Shown here piece by piece: positions 42,244 to 51,629 of a DNA stretch of 64,000 nt. Position 1 is the first letter of the stretch; every line of letters starts with the position of its first letter. Under the pieces are notes generated by a model. The model saw only the letters and a program-made list of their open reading frames with translations, was not told where the DNA came from and did not search any database. The translations under genes and the position numbers were made by a program. The stretch comes from Nitrospirota bacterium (GTDB lineage: Bacteria > Nitrospirota > UBA9217), in assembly GCA_963840455.1 (NCBI GenBank), contig CAWIYV010000010.1:64001-128000 (forward strand), in the 5' to 3' direction.

Positions 42244-43017
42244 TCACAAGGTATTGAGGTAGGCGATAAGGTCTTCCGCCTCATCGTGGGACAGGTAAGC
42301 AAAGGAAGGCATCCGCCCGAGGGGCTGCTTGAGCTGGAACCTGATGCTCTCTGCCGTTGCCGGGTTACCGCTCACCGGGAGCTTCGGGTTCTTGAGCAGG
42401 CCCTGCAGTCCCGGACCCACGACCGTGCGCGTGCTCTTCGGATCATGGCAGGCTGCGCAGCGGGACACGAACAGCACCCGTCCGCGTTCGATGCTCCTGC
42501 GGTCGGTCCTGACCGCTCCGCTTTCAAGGCCGCCGATCTCCTTCACCGCGAGGAAGGGGCCGCTGAGCGCGTAGGAGGCGCTCCGGTCCATGGTCCGGTC
42601 CTGTCCGAGGCGGCTTACGGCAAGGTAGTAACCGGCCGATATCCCGACGAGCACGAAGCTCAGGATGCCGATAATCGTGCCGATGGCCTTCGCCTGCTCG
42701 TAGAACCGCCGGAACCGGCGCAGGAACTGCACCTTCACCATGAGCAGCGCCGCAATGGCAAGGGCCAGCAGGATATGGAGCGACGCCCGAGGGGAAGGCT
42801 CGGTCCTGGCGGCCATCGCGAATGCAGCGCAAAGGTAGGAAACGGCCAGGAAGAGGACGACAAAGACATACCCGGCAACGCGGTGGCGCCGCTTGTGCGC
42901 TGCCGCCCGATCAGCATCCGGGGTTTGGCCGAAGACGGCGTACATGGCATACATGCCGTAGACCGCCGACAGCAGCATCAGAAGGGATAAGGCAGATTTA
43001 AGGAAGAAGATCGTCAC
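42244..43017 (-). CDS. membrane protein with C-terminal monoheme cytochrome c
   Basis: four TM helices with His, then CAACH, GP.L, MP.F...DL.AYL. Confidence 0.85.
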   Translation of the reverse strand: MTIFFLKSALSLLMLLSAVYGMYAMYAVFGQTPDADRAAAHKRRHRVAGYVFVVLFLAVSYLCAAFAMAARTEPSPRASLHILLALAIAALLMVKVQFLRRFRRFYEQAKAIGTIIGILSFVLVGISAGYYLAVSRLGQDRTMDRSASYALSGPFLAVKEIGGLESGAVRTDRRSIERGRVLFVSRCAACHDPKSTRTVVGPGLQGLLKNPKLPVSGNPATAESIRFQLKQPLGRMPSFAYLSHDEAEDLIAYLNTL

Positions 43018-43553
43018 GATACCGGCTCCGGGGCTCAGGAGGACTCTTGAAAGACTCTATCAGATAGCGAAGGCCCTGTCAAACAGCGACGAGAAGCAGA
43101 TCACGGTGATGCTCTGTGATGTTCTATTTCACCGTTAAACAACTGCACAATTTTCTTGCGTGCGCGTCGCGGGGTTGATGGCGGATATTCGTTTTCCATC
43201 CGCCCGAGAGTGATCATCGGCTCTCCGTGTTGCAACCTTCGTATTAAAGGTCGCGGCGCGACGCCGACAGGTGTCATTGACGCCCGCTCCATTCGGTGCT
43301 ATCCTTTAATCGAGGAGTGTAATTGTCCCGTATATATTCAAGGGAAGCAGACGGCCGGAAAGACGGATAACGCAAAAGAAAGCGCCTGTATTCAAAAAAA
43401 TCGGCACCATGAGGTAAGACCGGATGATGATAGAGAAAGCGGTACTTTTGCCCGTTGGGTGAACTCCTCATTCTAGAACCTGTCGTTATCCGACTTCTAT
43501 CCGATCTCATCAGTGTCAAACGCAGTTTTTAGGTAGAAAGGTGGTGGATTCAT

Positions 43554-44333
43554 ATGTCAGGAGCAACGATCTGGAAAGGATATATCCACTTCGGGGAAAC
43601 GGACGTGCCCGTGAAGCTGCATTCCGCGGTCAGGGAAGAACGGATCCAGTTTCACCTCCTTCATACGCAGGATCACGCGAGACTGCGGCAGCAGATGATC
43701 TGTTCGCTTGAAAAACAACCGGTGCCGGTGGAAGAGCAGTCCAAAGGGTTTGAAGTGGAGAAAGGAAAATATATCATCGTTGATCCGGAAGAGCTCGAAC
43801 AGATCGTTCCTGAAGCCAACCGCATGATCGAGGTCCACGAGTTCGTCAAGGCCGCGCAGATTGATCCCCTCTTCGTTAATCGCGTGTACTACCTGGAGCC
43901 GGACACAACGGGTATCCAGGGAAAAGGGTATGCGACACTTGTCAGGGCCATGCAGGAGCTGGACGTTGCGGGCATCTGCACCTGGACCATGAGAAAGCGT
44001 TCCTATTTCGGGGCCGTGCAAGCGAGCGGAAAGGTCCTGCGCCTGAATACGCTCCGGTATGCCGACGAAGTGGTCTCCGCGGCATCCCTTGGTCTGCAGG
44101 AAGTTCCCTTGTCCGAAAGAGAACTGGCGATCGGGAGCGAATTGGTCGATAAGTTGTCCGCTCCTTTCGATCCGCGGAAGTTCGAGGACGAACACAGGAA
44201 AAAGCTGCAGGAGATGATCGAGAAAAAAGCCCGCGGAGAGAACATCGCGGTACTGTCCCCCAGGCGCCTGAAACCCACGGAACCGGACCAGCTGCTCCAG
44301 GTCCTTGAAGCAAGTTTGAAGAAGGCCGCCTAA
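43554..44333 (+). CDS. ku: NHEJ protein Ku (copy 1)
   Basis: IWKG.I.FG...VPVKL, KGFE, YYLEP, LRYADEV, L.ASL. Confidence 0.9.
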   Translation: MSGATIWKGYIHFGETDVPVKLHSAVREERIQFHLLHTQDHARLRQQMICSLEKQPVPVEEQSKGFEVEKGKYIIVDPEELEQIVPEANRMIEVHEFVKAAQIDPLFVNRVYYLEPDTTGIQGKGYATLVRAMQELDVAGICTWTMRKRSYFGAVQASGKVLRLNTLRYADEVVSAASLGLQEVPLSERELAIGSELVDKLSAPFDPRKFEDEHRKKLQEMIEKKARGENIAVLSPRRLKPTEPDQLLQVLEASLKKAA

Positions 44334-44469
44334 GGGGAATGTTATTTTTTTGATAGGATACCAGGGTTGGCAGGATGAACAGGAGGAAGCGAAGAATCAG
44401 CTTTTATCTGAGAGTGCTGGCATCCCGCCCAGTATCGTTAGTTTCGATTTTGCAGGCAAGGAGAACGAA

Positions 44470-45255
44470 ATGGCTGTTCAGGGAATATGGAGCGGAACGA
44501 TCAGTTTCAGCCTGGTGGCGATCCCGGTTCGGCTGGTTACGGCCGTCGAGACCGGCCATGTGTCCTTTCACCTGCTCCACAGCAGGGATTACTCCCGCCT
44601 CTCGCGAAGAATGTTCTGTCCGGAAGAGAATGTGATGGTATCCCCTGATGAGATCATCAGGGGATACGAGATCGTGCCCGACAAGTACATTCTGATGACG
44701 GACGAGGAACTGGAGTCCGTGACCCCGGAGCGGAGCCGCACGATCGAGATCATCGAGTTCATCGACCTGAAGGAAGTGGACCCGATCTATTATGATCACC
44801 CCTACTATCTCGTTCCTTCGAAGGGCGGCGAAAAAGCGTATCAACTGCTGGTCGAGATCATGCGCCGGACGAACAAGGCCGGGCTCGCAAAATTCGTGCT
44901 GGCTGAACGGGAGTATCTGGTGGCGGTCTTCAGCAGGGATGGAGCGCTGGCCCTGACCACCCTTCATTACAGCGACGAAGTGCTTCCCGGTGAAGATCTT
45001 TCACCGAAGAACGGGACTGTCGAGGCTGAAGAGGAGGCTCGGATGAAAAACAGCATTGAGCGTATGATCGAAGAATTTGACCCGGGGAAATATGCGGATG
45101 GGCGAAGGAAAAGGATCATGGCCCTCCTGGAGGCAAAGGCGAAGGAAAAAGGCACGGTGCAGGCCCCAGCCGTGGATGAAGGAGAGGGAGAGGGTCCGGC
45201 TGACCTGGTCGCTGCGCTGGAGGAGAGCATGCGGAAAGTGAAGGCGAGCTCATGA
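44470..45255 (+). CDS. ku: NHEJ protein Ku (copy 2)
   Basis: WSGTISFSLVAIPV, RGYE, DPIYYD.PYYL, LHYSDEV, DL.AALEES. Confidence 0.93.
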   Translation: MAVQGIWSGTISFSLVAIPVRLVTAVETGHVSFHLLHSRDYSRLSRRMFCPEENVMVSPDEIIRGYEIVPDKYILMTDEELESVTPERSRTIEIIEFIDLKEVDPIYYDHPYYLVPSKGGEKAYQLLVEIMRRTNKAGLAKFVLAEREYLVAVFSRDGALALTTLHYSDEVLPGEDLSPKNGTVEAEEEARMKNSIERMIEEFDPGKYADGRRKRIMALLEAKAKEKGTVQAPAVDEGEGEGPADLVAALEESMRKVKASS

Positions 45256-46157
45256 GCCGGACATTCGTCGATATGGCAGGGAGGAGACTCCCCTTATCGA
45301 ACCTGGAAAAGGAGCTCTATCCCTCCTATGGTTTTACGAAGGCCCAGGTCCTGGAATACTACCGCGCTATCGCGCCTTTCATGCTGCCCCATTTGTCGGA
45401 CCGGGCAGTGACCTTGAAACGCTATCCAGCAGGCGTGGAAAAGGATTTCTTTTTCGAGAAGCGCTGCCCTTCGCACCATCCGGAGTGGGTGAGAACAGCG
45501 GAGGTCGCCCAGCATGACGGAGAGCCGATAGCCTTCTGTCTGGTCAATGATCTGGCAACACTGATATGGGTGGAGAACCTTGCGTCTCTTGAGCTCCATG
45601 TGCCTCTGGCCAGGGCCGGCTCGCCGCAGACGCCCGACTCCATGGTCTTCGACCTCGATCCCGGCGAAGAAGCGAACATCCTCCACTGTTCCCGGGTGGC
45701 GCTGATCCTTCGGGACCTGCTCTCCCGAATGGGGCTTGAAACGTATATAAAAACCTCGGGCAACAAGGGGCTTCATGTATTTGTCCCGTTGAACCGGAAA
45801 GGGACAACCTTTGAAGATACCAAGACGTTCTCGAAGGCCGTCGCAGGGATCATGCAAAAACATTATCCTGACCTGGTGACCGCGAACATGGCGAAGCAAG
45901 AGCGGAGAGCGAAGGTCTTTATCAACTGGTCCCAGAACGATGCTTCGAAGACGATGATCTGCGTCTATTCCCTTCGTGCCCGGGAAAAGCCATTTGTTTC
46001 GTTCCCGCTCGAATGGAGGGAGCTGGAGGAGCTGGTCGGGCTTGACGACCCGGCGAGGCTTCAGGTCATGCATGCGGAGGCCAGGATCTGGGTCGAAAGA
46101 AAGGGCGACCTTTTTCGAGAAGTGCTCGTAAAAGAGCAGAAGCTGCCGCATCTGTAA
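45252..46157 (+). CDS. LigD polymerase/primase domain (stand-alone)
   Basis: LSNLEK..YP, RYP.G, FFEK, FDLDP, KTSGNKGLH, YSLR. Confidence 0.93.
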   Translation: MSRTFVDMAGRRLPLSNLEKELYPSYGFTKAQVLEYYRAIAPFMLPHLSDRAVTLKRYPAGVEKDFFFEKRCPSHHPEWVRTAEVAQHDGEPIAFCLVNDLATLIWVENLASLELHVPLARAGSPQTPDSMVFDLDPGEEANILHCSRVALILRDLLSRMGLETYIKTSGNKGLHVFVPLNRKGTTFEDTKTFSKAVAGIMQKHYPDLVTANMAKQERRAKVFINWSQNDASKTMICVYSLRAREKPFVSFPLEWRELEELVGLDDPARLQVMHAEARIWVERKGDLFREVLVKEQKLPHL

Positions 46158-46160
46158 AGT

Positions 46161-46392
46161 TAGCCGAGGGCACACAGAGGTCACAGAGAAAGGCCATACT
46201 ATTTAGGCGGTTGGTGAATAAGTCATGGATGACCAATCCATTCGTCATGCCCGCAAAAACGGGCATCCAGCAAAGCTTGAAAGCCCTGGATTCCCGCCTG
46301 CGCGGGAATGATAGTAAAGGATCGAGAGAGTAGTTATTCACCAGCTTCCATGGTTTCTCTTTCCTCTGTGTTCTCGGTGACCTCTGCGGCGA
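46161..46392. repeat. nested palindromic structure: CAGAGG-rich outer arms around a REP-like doublet
   Basis: outer arms 46161-46190 and 46355-46392 are imperfectly complementary; inner doublet at 46243-46312. Confidence 0.6.
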
Positions 46393-46406
46393 AGGGTATT
46401 TTCAAC

Positions 46407-48011
46407 ATGGGACTGACTGAATACACATCGAAACGGGAATTCGGGAAAACGCCCGAACCCAAACCGGGCTCTCCCCCCGAGAAGGGCCGTCTTCTGTTCG
46501 TTGTTCACAAGCACGCGGCACGGGCGCTTCATTATGATCTCAGGCTGGAGCTGGATGGGGTGCTGAAGAGCTGGGCAGTGCCGAAGGGCCCCTCTCTGGA
46601 GCCGTCCGCAAAGAGGCTTGCCGTCATGGTTGAAGACCACCCGTTCGATTACAAGGACTTCGAGGGCGTCATCCCGGAAGGCAATTACGGCGCAGGAAGC
46701 GTCATCATCTGGGACCGGGGATTTTATCATCACCCCTCCACGCGAGATGAAGACGAGAGCGAGAAGCTTCTTCGGGACGGTTTAGAAAAAGGCGATATGA
46801 AGTTCGTCCTTCATGGGGAAAAACTTCACGGCGAATTCGCTCTGGTGAGAACCGGAAAGGGCGGGAAGTCATGGCTGCTTCTGAAGAAAAACGATCGCAG
46901 TGCTGCCAAAGGGGACATCCTCAAGGAGAACCGTTCCGTAGAGTCCCATAAGACCTTGGAGGAGATGCTCGAAGCCGGCGGGTCGAGATCCTTCCAGCAA
47001 AGGAAATTGAACCAAATCCGTGTTCACGAGGCAATGGAAAGCGAAGACCTGAAGGACGCGCCAATCAAACCGATGCCGCACGACATAGAGCCGATGCTCG
47101 CGACCGTGACCGGCGAACCGTTCGATCATCAGGATTGGATCTTTGAAGTGAAATGGGACGGGTACCGGGCAATTGCCGAGATCCGGGAGGACGGCGTTTC
47201 GCTTTATTCCCGGAATGGGATCTCGTTCCTTAGGAAGTTTTCACCAATTGCGGAGTCACTTCGGAAACTCAGATTTGACGCTGTGCTTGACGGCGAGATC
47301 GTGGTCGTGGATGACCAGGGACGCTCTGATTTTCAGGCCCTCCAGCACTACCAGGACACAAGGAGCGGCCGTTTGCTCTACTATATTTTCGATCTGCTCT
47401 ACTTCCAGGGACACGATCTGACGGGCCTGCCGCTGCAGAGAAGGAAGGAGCTGCTGAAAAAGGTCCTCCCCTCCTCTCCGAACATACGATTGAGCGATCA
47501 CGTAGGGAAAGAGGGCGTCCTGTTCTTCAGCGTCGTCAAAGACAAGGGACTGGAAGGGATCGTCGCCAAGCATGCTCAAAGTGCCTACGAAACAGGCAGA
47601 AGGAGCCGGCAGTGGCTGAAGGTTAAGACGCGGCTCACGCAGGAGGGCGTGATCGCAGGCTTTACAGAGCCGGGGGGCAGCAGAAAATATTTCGGCGCCC
47701 TTGTCCTGGGCCACTACGATGGGGACTCGCTGGTCTCCATCGGACAGGTGGGAAGCGGATTTACCGAGAAAGATCTGAAGGATATCCGCGAAAAGCTGGG
47801 GGCCCTGGTCCAGAAGAAGTGCCCCTTTCCGGCGGCGCCGGAGACCAGTGCTCCGGTCACCTGGGTAAGGCCTGAGTTGGTCTGCGAGGTTGCATTATCC
47901 GGCTGGACCGGGGATGCCGTCATGAGGCACCCGGTTTTCCTGCGGCTGCGCGAGGATAAGGCGGCCCGCGATGTGGTGCGCGAGAAGCCCGAAGGAGATG
48001 ATGATACCTGA
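46407..48011 (+). CDS. ligD: LigD phosphoesterase + ATP-dependent ligase
   Basis: KR.F.KTPEP, H.A..LHYDLRLE, SWAVPKGP; EVKWDGYR, DGE, EGI.AK, WLKVK, RHPVF. Confidence 0.95.
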   Translation: MGLTEYTSKREFGKTPEPKPGSPPEKGRLLFVVHKHAARALHYDLRLELDGVLKSWAVPKGPSLEPSAKRLAVMVEDHPFDYKDFEGVIPEGNYGAGSVIIWDRGFYHHPSTRDEDESEKLLRDGLEKGDMKFVLHGEKLHGEFALVRTGKGGKSWLLLKKNDRSAAKGDILKENRSVESHKTLEEMLEAGGSRSFQQRKLNQIRVHEAMESEDLKDAPIKPMPHDIEPMLATVTGEPFDHQDWIFEVKWDGYRAIAEIREDGVSLYSRNGISFLRKFSPIAESLRKLRFDAVLDGEIVVVDDQGRSDFQALQHYQDTRSGRLLYYIFDLLYFQGHDLTGLPLQRRKELLKKVLPSSPNIRLSDHVGKEGVLFFSVVKDKGLEGIVAKHAQSAYETGRRSRQWLKVKTRLTQEGVIAGFTEPGGSRKYFGALVLGHYDGDSLVSIGQVGSGFTEKDLKDIREKLGALVQKKCPFPAAPETSAPVTWVRPELVCEVALSGWTGDAVMRHPVFLRLREDKAARDVVREKPEGDDDT

Positions 48012-48197
48012 TCTGGTCAGGCAGGAACCGAAAATCTTAGACAGGATTATGGCCGCAGGCAACAGGCAGGATGATAAATCGGATTTCAATCTTAAATCCC
48101 GGAATCCTCTTATCCTGTTAAAAGGATTTGAGGTTGAATCTGCCCTTGTTGGTGGTTACCGGGGTGATCGGGAAATCAAAGAAAGGGGGGCCATACC

Positions 48198-48938
48198 ATG
48201 ATGAGTATCTATGCCGGCACAAGCGGATTTGCACACAAGGAATGGAAGGGAAATTTCTATCCGGAGAAGATCTCGCCCAAAGAAATGCTCCGGTTCTACG
48301 CCGGACGTCTCAACACGGTGGAGATCAACAACACCTTTTATCACATGCCCAATGCAGGCGTGCTCACGTCCTGGGCGGAGCAGGTCCCGCCTGATTTTGT
48401 TTTCGCGCTCAAAGCCCCGCAGGTCATAACGCACATGAAACAGTTGAGACAGGTGAGCTCTGAGAGCAGGTATCTCTTCAACTCGCTGTCGGTCCTGGAG
48501 CGGAAACTGGGGCCGGTCCTCTTTCAGTTTCCGGCGAGTTTTCGGGAGAACCGGTCAGTACTCGAGGATTTTCTCGCCCTGGTCCCCCGCGGTACGGCCT
48601 GCGCATTCGATTTCCGCAGCCCTTCCTGGCTCACTGCCGAAACGCTGAGCCTTCTTCGTGAAAAAGGGTGCAGCTGGTGTCTCGAGGATACTGACGAGAA
48701 ACCGGTGCTGGAGATCATCAGCACGGCGGCCTGGGGGTACCTGCGCCTCCGCCGGTCCGATTATACGGACGCTGACTTGTCGGAATGGGCGGAACGGATC
48801 CTTGCCCAGCAATGGGAGCGGGCCTTTGTTTACTTTAAACACGAGGTCAAAGGAGCAGAACTGGCGATGCGTTTCCAAGCGCTTGTCGACTCAAGGCTTG
48901 GCGGGAAAGAACTCAAGACAGCCGGGATGCGTACCTGA
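48198..48938 (+). CDS. DUF72 family protein
   Basis: GTSGF...W.G.FYP, VEINNTFY, F.LKA...ITH, LFQFP, YLRL. Confidence 0.92.
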   Translation: MMSIYAGTSGFAHKEWKGNFYPEKISPKEMLRFYAGRLNTVEINNTFYHMPNAGVLTSWAEQVPPDFVFALKAPQVITHMKQLRQVSSESRYLFNSLSVLERKLGPVLFQFPASFRENRSVLEDFLALVPRGTACAFDFRSPSWLTAETLSLLREKGCSWCLEDTDEKPVLEIISTAAWGYLRLRRSDYTDADLSEWAERILAQQWERAFVYFKHEVKGAELAMRFQALVDSRLGGKELKTAGMRT

Positions 48939-50861
48939 GATACAAGACGTTCGTACTTCTCCACCGAACAGCTCCACGATCCTCTGTACCAGTGCGGGCA
49001 GCGACGGGTCCCGTGCACCCATGAGAAGAACACAGTCTCCTGATCTTGCATCGGCTCGCAATCTTGTCATGAGCTCTTCGCGATCCTTGATTGCTTGTGC
49101 ATGGAATGCCACGTTACCGAGGCCGGCGATGATATTATCCGAGGATATATCCTTTTGCGCCGTGCCTCCGGCATAATAGATCGGCAGGAGATAGAGCGAG
49201 TCGTTCTGCCGGAAACACGTTCGAAAGGTTTCGATGTATTCGTCCTTCAAAAAACGTGTCGGACCGAAGCCGTGCGGCTGGTACACGGAGATGATGCGCT
49301 CCGATAGGCCCCGGCTGGCCTGGACAACAGCCGCGATCTTTGCCGGATTGTGCGCAAAGTCATCCACCACATGAACGCCCAGCTTTGTCCTGGCAACGGA
49401 AAAGCGCCGGGCAACGCCCTCGTAGTTCCTGACCGCGCCGGCAAGGACCGTTTTGTCGCATCCGAGCTCCTCGCACACACAGAGCGCTGCAGCCAGGTTC
49501 TCGAGGTTATGCTCGCCCGGAAGCGGCAGATGATACTCCGAGCCATTGCGATAGAGCTTCACCGAGGTCGCCAGAAGTTCTTCCCGGTCCGGCCGCCACG
49601 AGGCCGAACTATTCCTGCCGAAGCGGATGTCCGCGGGGAGGGAAAAAAGGAATGGATCATCGGCATTCGAGATTGTCCGACCGGACTGCGAAGCGAGCAC
49701 TGCGAACATTGCCGTTATTTCGTCCACGCTCTTGTGGTCCTTCGAGACGTTCAGGATGACCGACACCTCGGGCCAGTACTTCACGAGCGTGCCGTCGCTC
49801 TCGTCGGCCTCAACCACGAGGAGGTCCGAACCGCCGCTCCAGGCATTGCCGATCATCCCCTGCCTCTCGAGCCTCCGCAGGCCCGCGCCGCTGATGAGCG
49901 ACGGCGACTTTTCGCAGGCCGTCAGGAACTCGAAGATCATCGCGGTTACCGTGGACTTGCCGCTCGTTCCGGCGACGGCAATGGTCTTTTTCGTATCGAT
50001 GATCGCGGCGAGCAGGTCGGACCGGTGAACAATGGGAATGCGGCGGCTGGCTGCGGCAGCGATGTCGGAGTTCGTATCCTCGATGGCTGTCGAGACGCAG
50101 ACGATATCAATGTCAGCGGTCACGCCCGACCCGTCCTGGCGAGCGATAATACAGCCGAGCCCTTCGAGTGATCGCCGGATGGCGGCGGTATCCTCGCTTG
50201 TATGGAACCGGTCGGAGCCCGAGACCACTATCCCCTGGAAGCGCAGATACTGCGCCAGCGCGCTCATGCCGCTGCCAAAGATGCCGGTTAAATGGACGCT
50301 GCGGCATTGGTGTTCGCCGATAACGAGTGCCGGAGGATCGATGTAAACGAGCGTGCCTTCTTTCACCGTGTCGAACAGGCGGATCACGTCAAGATTGCGC
50401 ATGCAGACACAGCCGTGGGACAGGGGCGTGCCGACCAGGTCCTCCCGGCCGGTGCCATGGATATAGATGTAGCGCTCATAGGAATCCACGCCCGACCCCT
50501 TGTTGATCCCTTCCTCGAGGCCTTCAAGCCGCAGGATGCGGGTCAGGATGAGGTTGTCGCCGTTCTGCTTGTGGTCCCAGTCCTCTCCCGCGTCCTCGCG
50601 GTCCCGGAACACGCGGCCCGCAGGCGCGCCGGTGCCATACTTCTCGCAGAGCCGGTGAACGCCGAGCGGGGTCTTGAGCGAGTTCTCGCGGTTGCCGTTC
50701 CCGAAGCGGGACGTGGAGCAGTCGTACCGCTCCACGATGGTGTCGTTCGAGCAGATGAAGAGCACCTGCTCCTCGATGGACACGACGATATAGCGGTCCT
50801 GCGGGCTCGTAAGATGCTTCCTTATATAGGTATGAATGCGGCGCAGTCGGGATTGGTCCAT
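48891..50861 (-). CDS. YkuD (L,D-peptidase) domain fused to a MurC/Mpl-like ligase
   Basis: TPLG.H, ILTRIL.L.G.E.G.N, YIYIHGT, SHGCV.M followed in the same frame by GIFGSGMSALA, AGTSGKST, EADESD, DDFAHNP, QPHGFG. Confidence 0.9.
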   Translation of the reverse strand: MDQSRLRRIHTYIRKHLTSPQDRYIVVSIEEQVLFICSNDTIVERYDCSTSRFGNGNRENSLKTPLGVHRLCEKYGTGAPAGRVFRDREDAGEDWDHKQNGDNLILTRILRLEGLEEGINKGSGVDSYERYIYIHGTGREDLVGTPLSHGCVCMRNLDVIRLFDTVKEGTLVYIDPPALVIGEHQCRSVHLTGIFGSGMSALAQYLRFQGIVVSGSDRFHTSEDTAAIRRSLEGLGCIIARQDGSGVTADIDIVCVSTAIEDTNSDIAAAASRRIPIVHRSDLLAAIIDTKKTIAVAGTSGKSTVTAMIFEFLTACEKSPSLISGAGLRRLERQGMIGNAWSGGSDLLVVEADESDGTLVKYWPEVSVILNVSKDHKSVDEITAMFAVLASQSGRTISNADDPFLFSLPADIRFGRNSSASWRPDREELLATSVKLYRNGSEYHLPLPGEHNLENLAAALCVCEELGCDKTVLAGAVRNYEGVARRFSVARTKLGVHVVDDFAHNPAKIAAVVQASRGLSERIISVYQPHGFGPTRFLKDEYIETFRTCFRQNDSLYLLPIYYAGGTAQKDISSDNIIAGLGNVAFHAQAIKDREELMTRLRADARSGDCVLLMGARDPSLPALVQRIVELFGGEVRTSCISGTHPGCLEFFPAKP

Positions 50862-51038
50862 GGCAATTGAAGGGACAGGTTCGAACCTGTCCCGAAAGGC
50901 AAGATACTGCATTTTAAGGAAAACGACAAGAGGGAATGTTCAGATAGGGGCCCGCGGGGCAGGATGGATTGGATCGTAGCGGGTGATCGGCAGGATGCTA
51001 CGCGATCGGTCGGAGCCCGGCGCAAAAGCCGGGCCGTG

Positions 51039-51257
51039 CTATTTCCGGCCTACCCCCTTCTCTTCCTCGCTCGAGAGTATCCGGGACTCTTTGGTCTTTG
51101 TGTTCACCTCGACGCAGTACTCCATCTCTTTCCCGTTCAGGTAGATCTTAGTGCGCACGTACCTGATCGTGTCGCACTGAGGGCAGAACTCCATTGGCCC
51201 GCAAAGCTTGAACTCCTGTTGTTCCATTTCACGGCCGCATTTCTCACAGGCATTCAT
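51039..51257 (-). CDS. small zinc-ribbon-like protein
   Basis: CEKC and CPQC pairs; GAGG RBS; hairpin downstream. Confidence 0.6.
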   Translation of the reverse strand: MNACEKCGREMEQQEFKLCGPMEFCPQCDTIRYVRTKIYLNGKEMEYCVEVNTKTKESRILSSEEEKGVGRK

Positions 51258-51391
51258 TGTGGCCTCTGTCTATAGTGATGAAAAGGGTCTTAATAATTAA
51301 GCCTAGCCCTTGACTACCCTGGGGTCTCGTTAGAACAATTTCCCGAGGCCCAGGAACACGTCCATGTCAAGAGGAAGGCCGGGGAGGTTGG

Positions 51392-51562
51392 GTAGCCTGC
51401 CATGAGCTCATAGGTCTTCCTGCCGAACAGGAGCGTGCCCCCGGTCTTCGCATTCTCCGCGGCAAATGCACCGAGCTCCGCATCCTTGTGGACCCAGCTG
51501 ATGTCGCTGTTCATGTCCGCGAAGAAGCCATCCAGCGACAGGTTATTGAAAACAACCAGTTC
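51392..51562 (-). pseudogene. DHFR/RibD-C family N-terminal fragment
   Basis: LVVFNNLSLDGFFAD....ISW...LLFGRKTYELMAGY, then truncated. Confidence 0.7.
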
Positions 51563-51629
51563 CGCTCTCTGGTCTTTTCACGAATACGGTGATGAGGCAG
51601 CTCGGGAACTTGACTCCGCCAGGCTTCCC

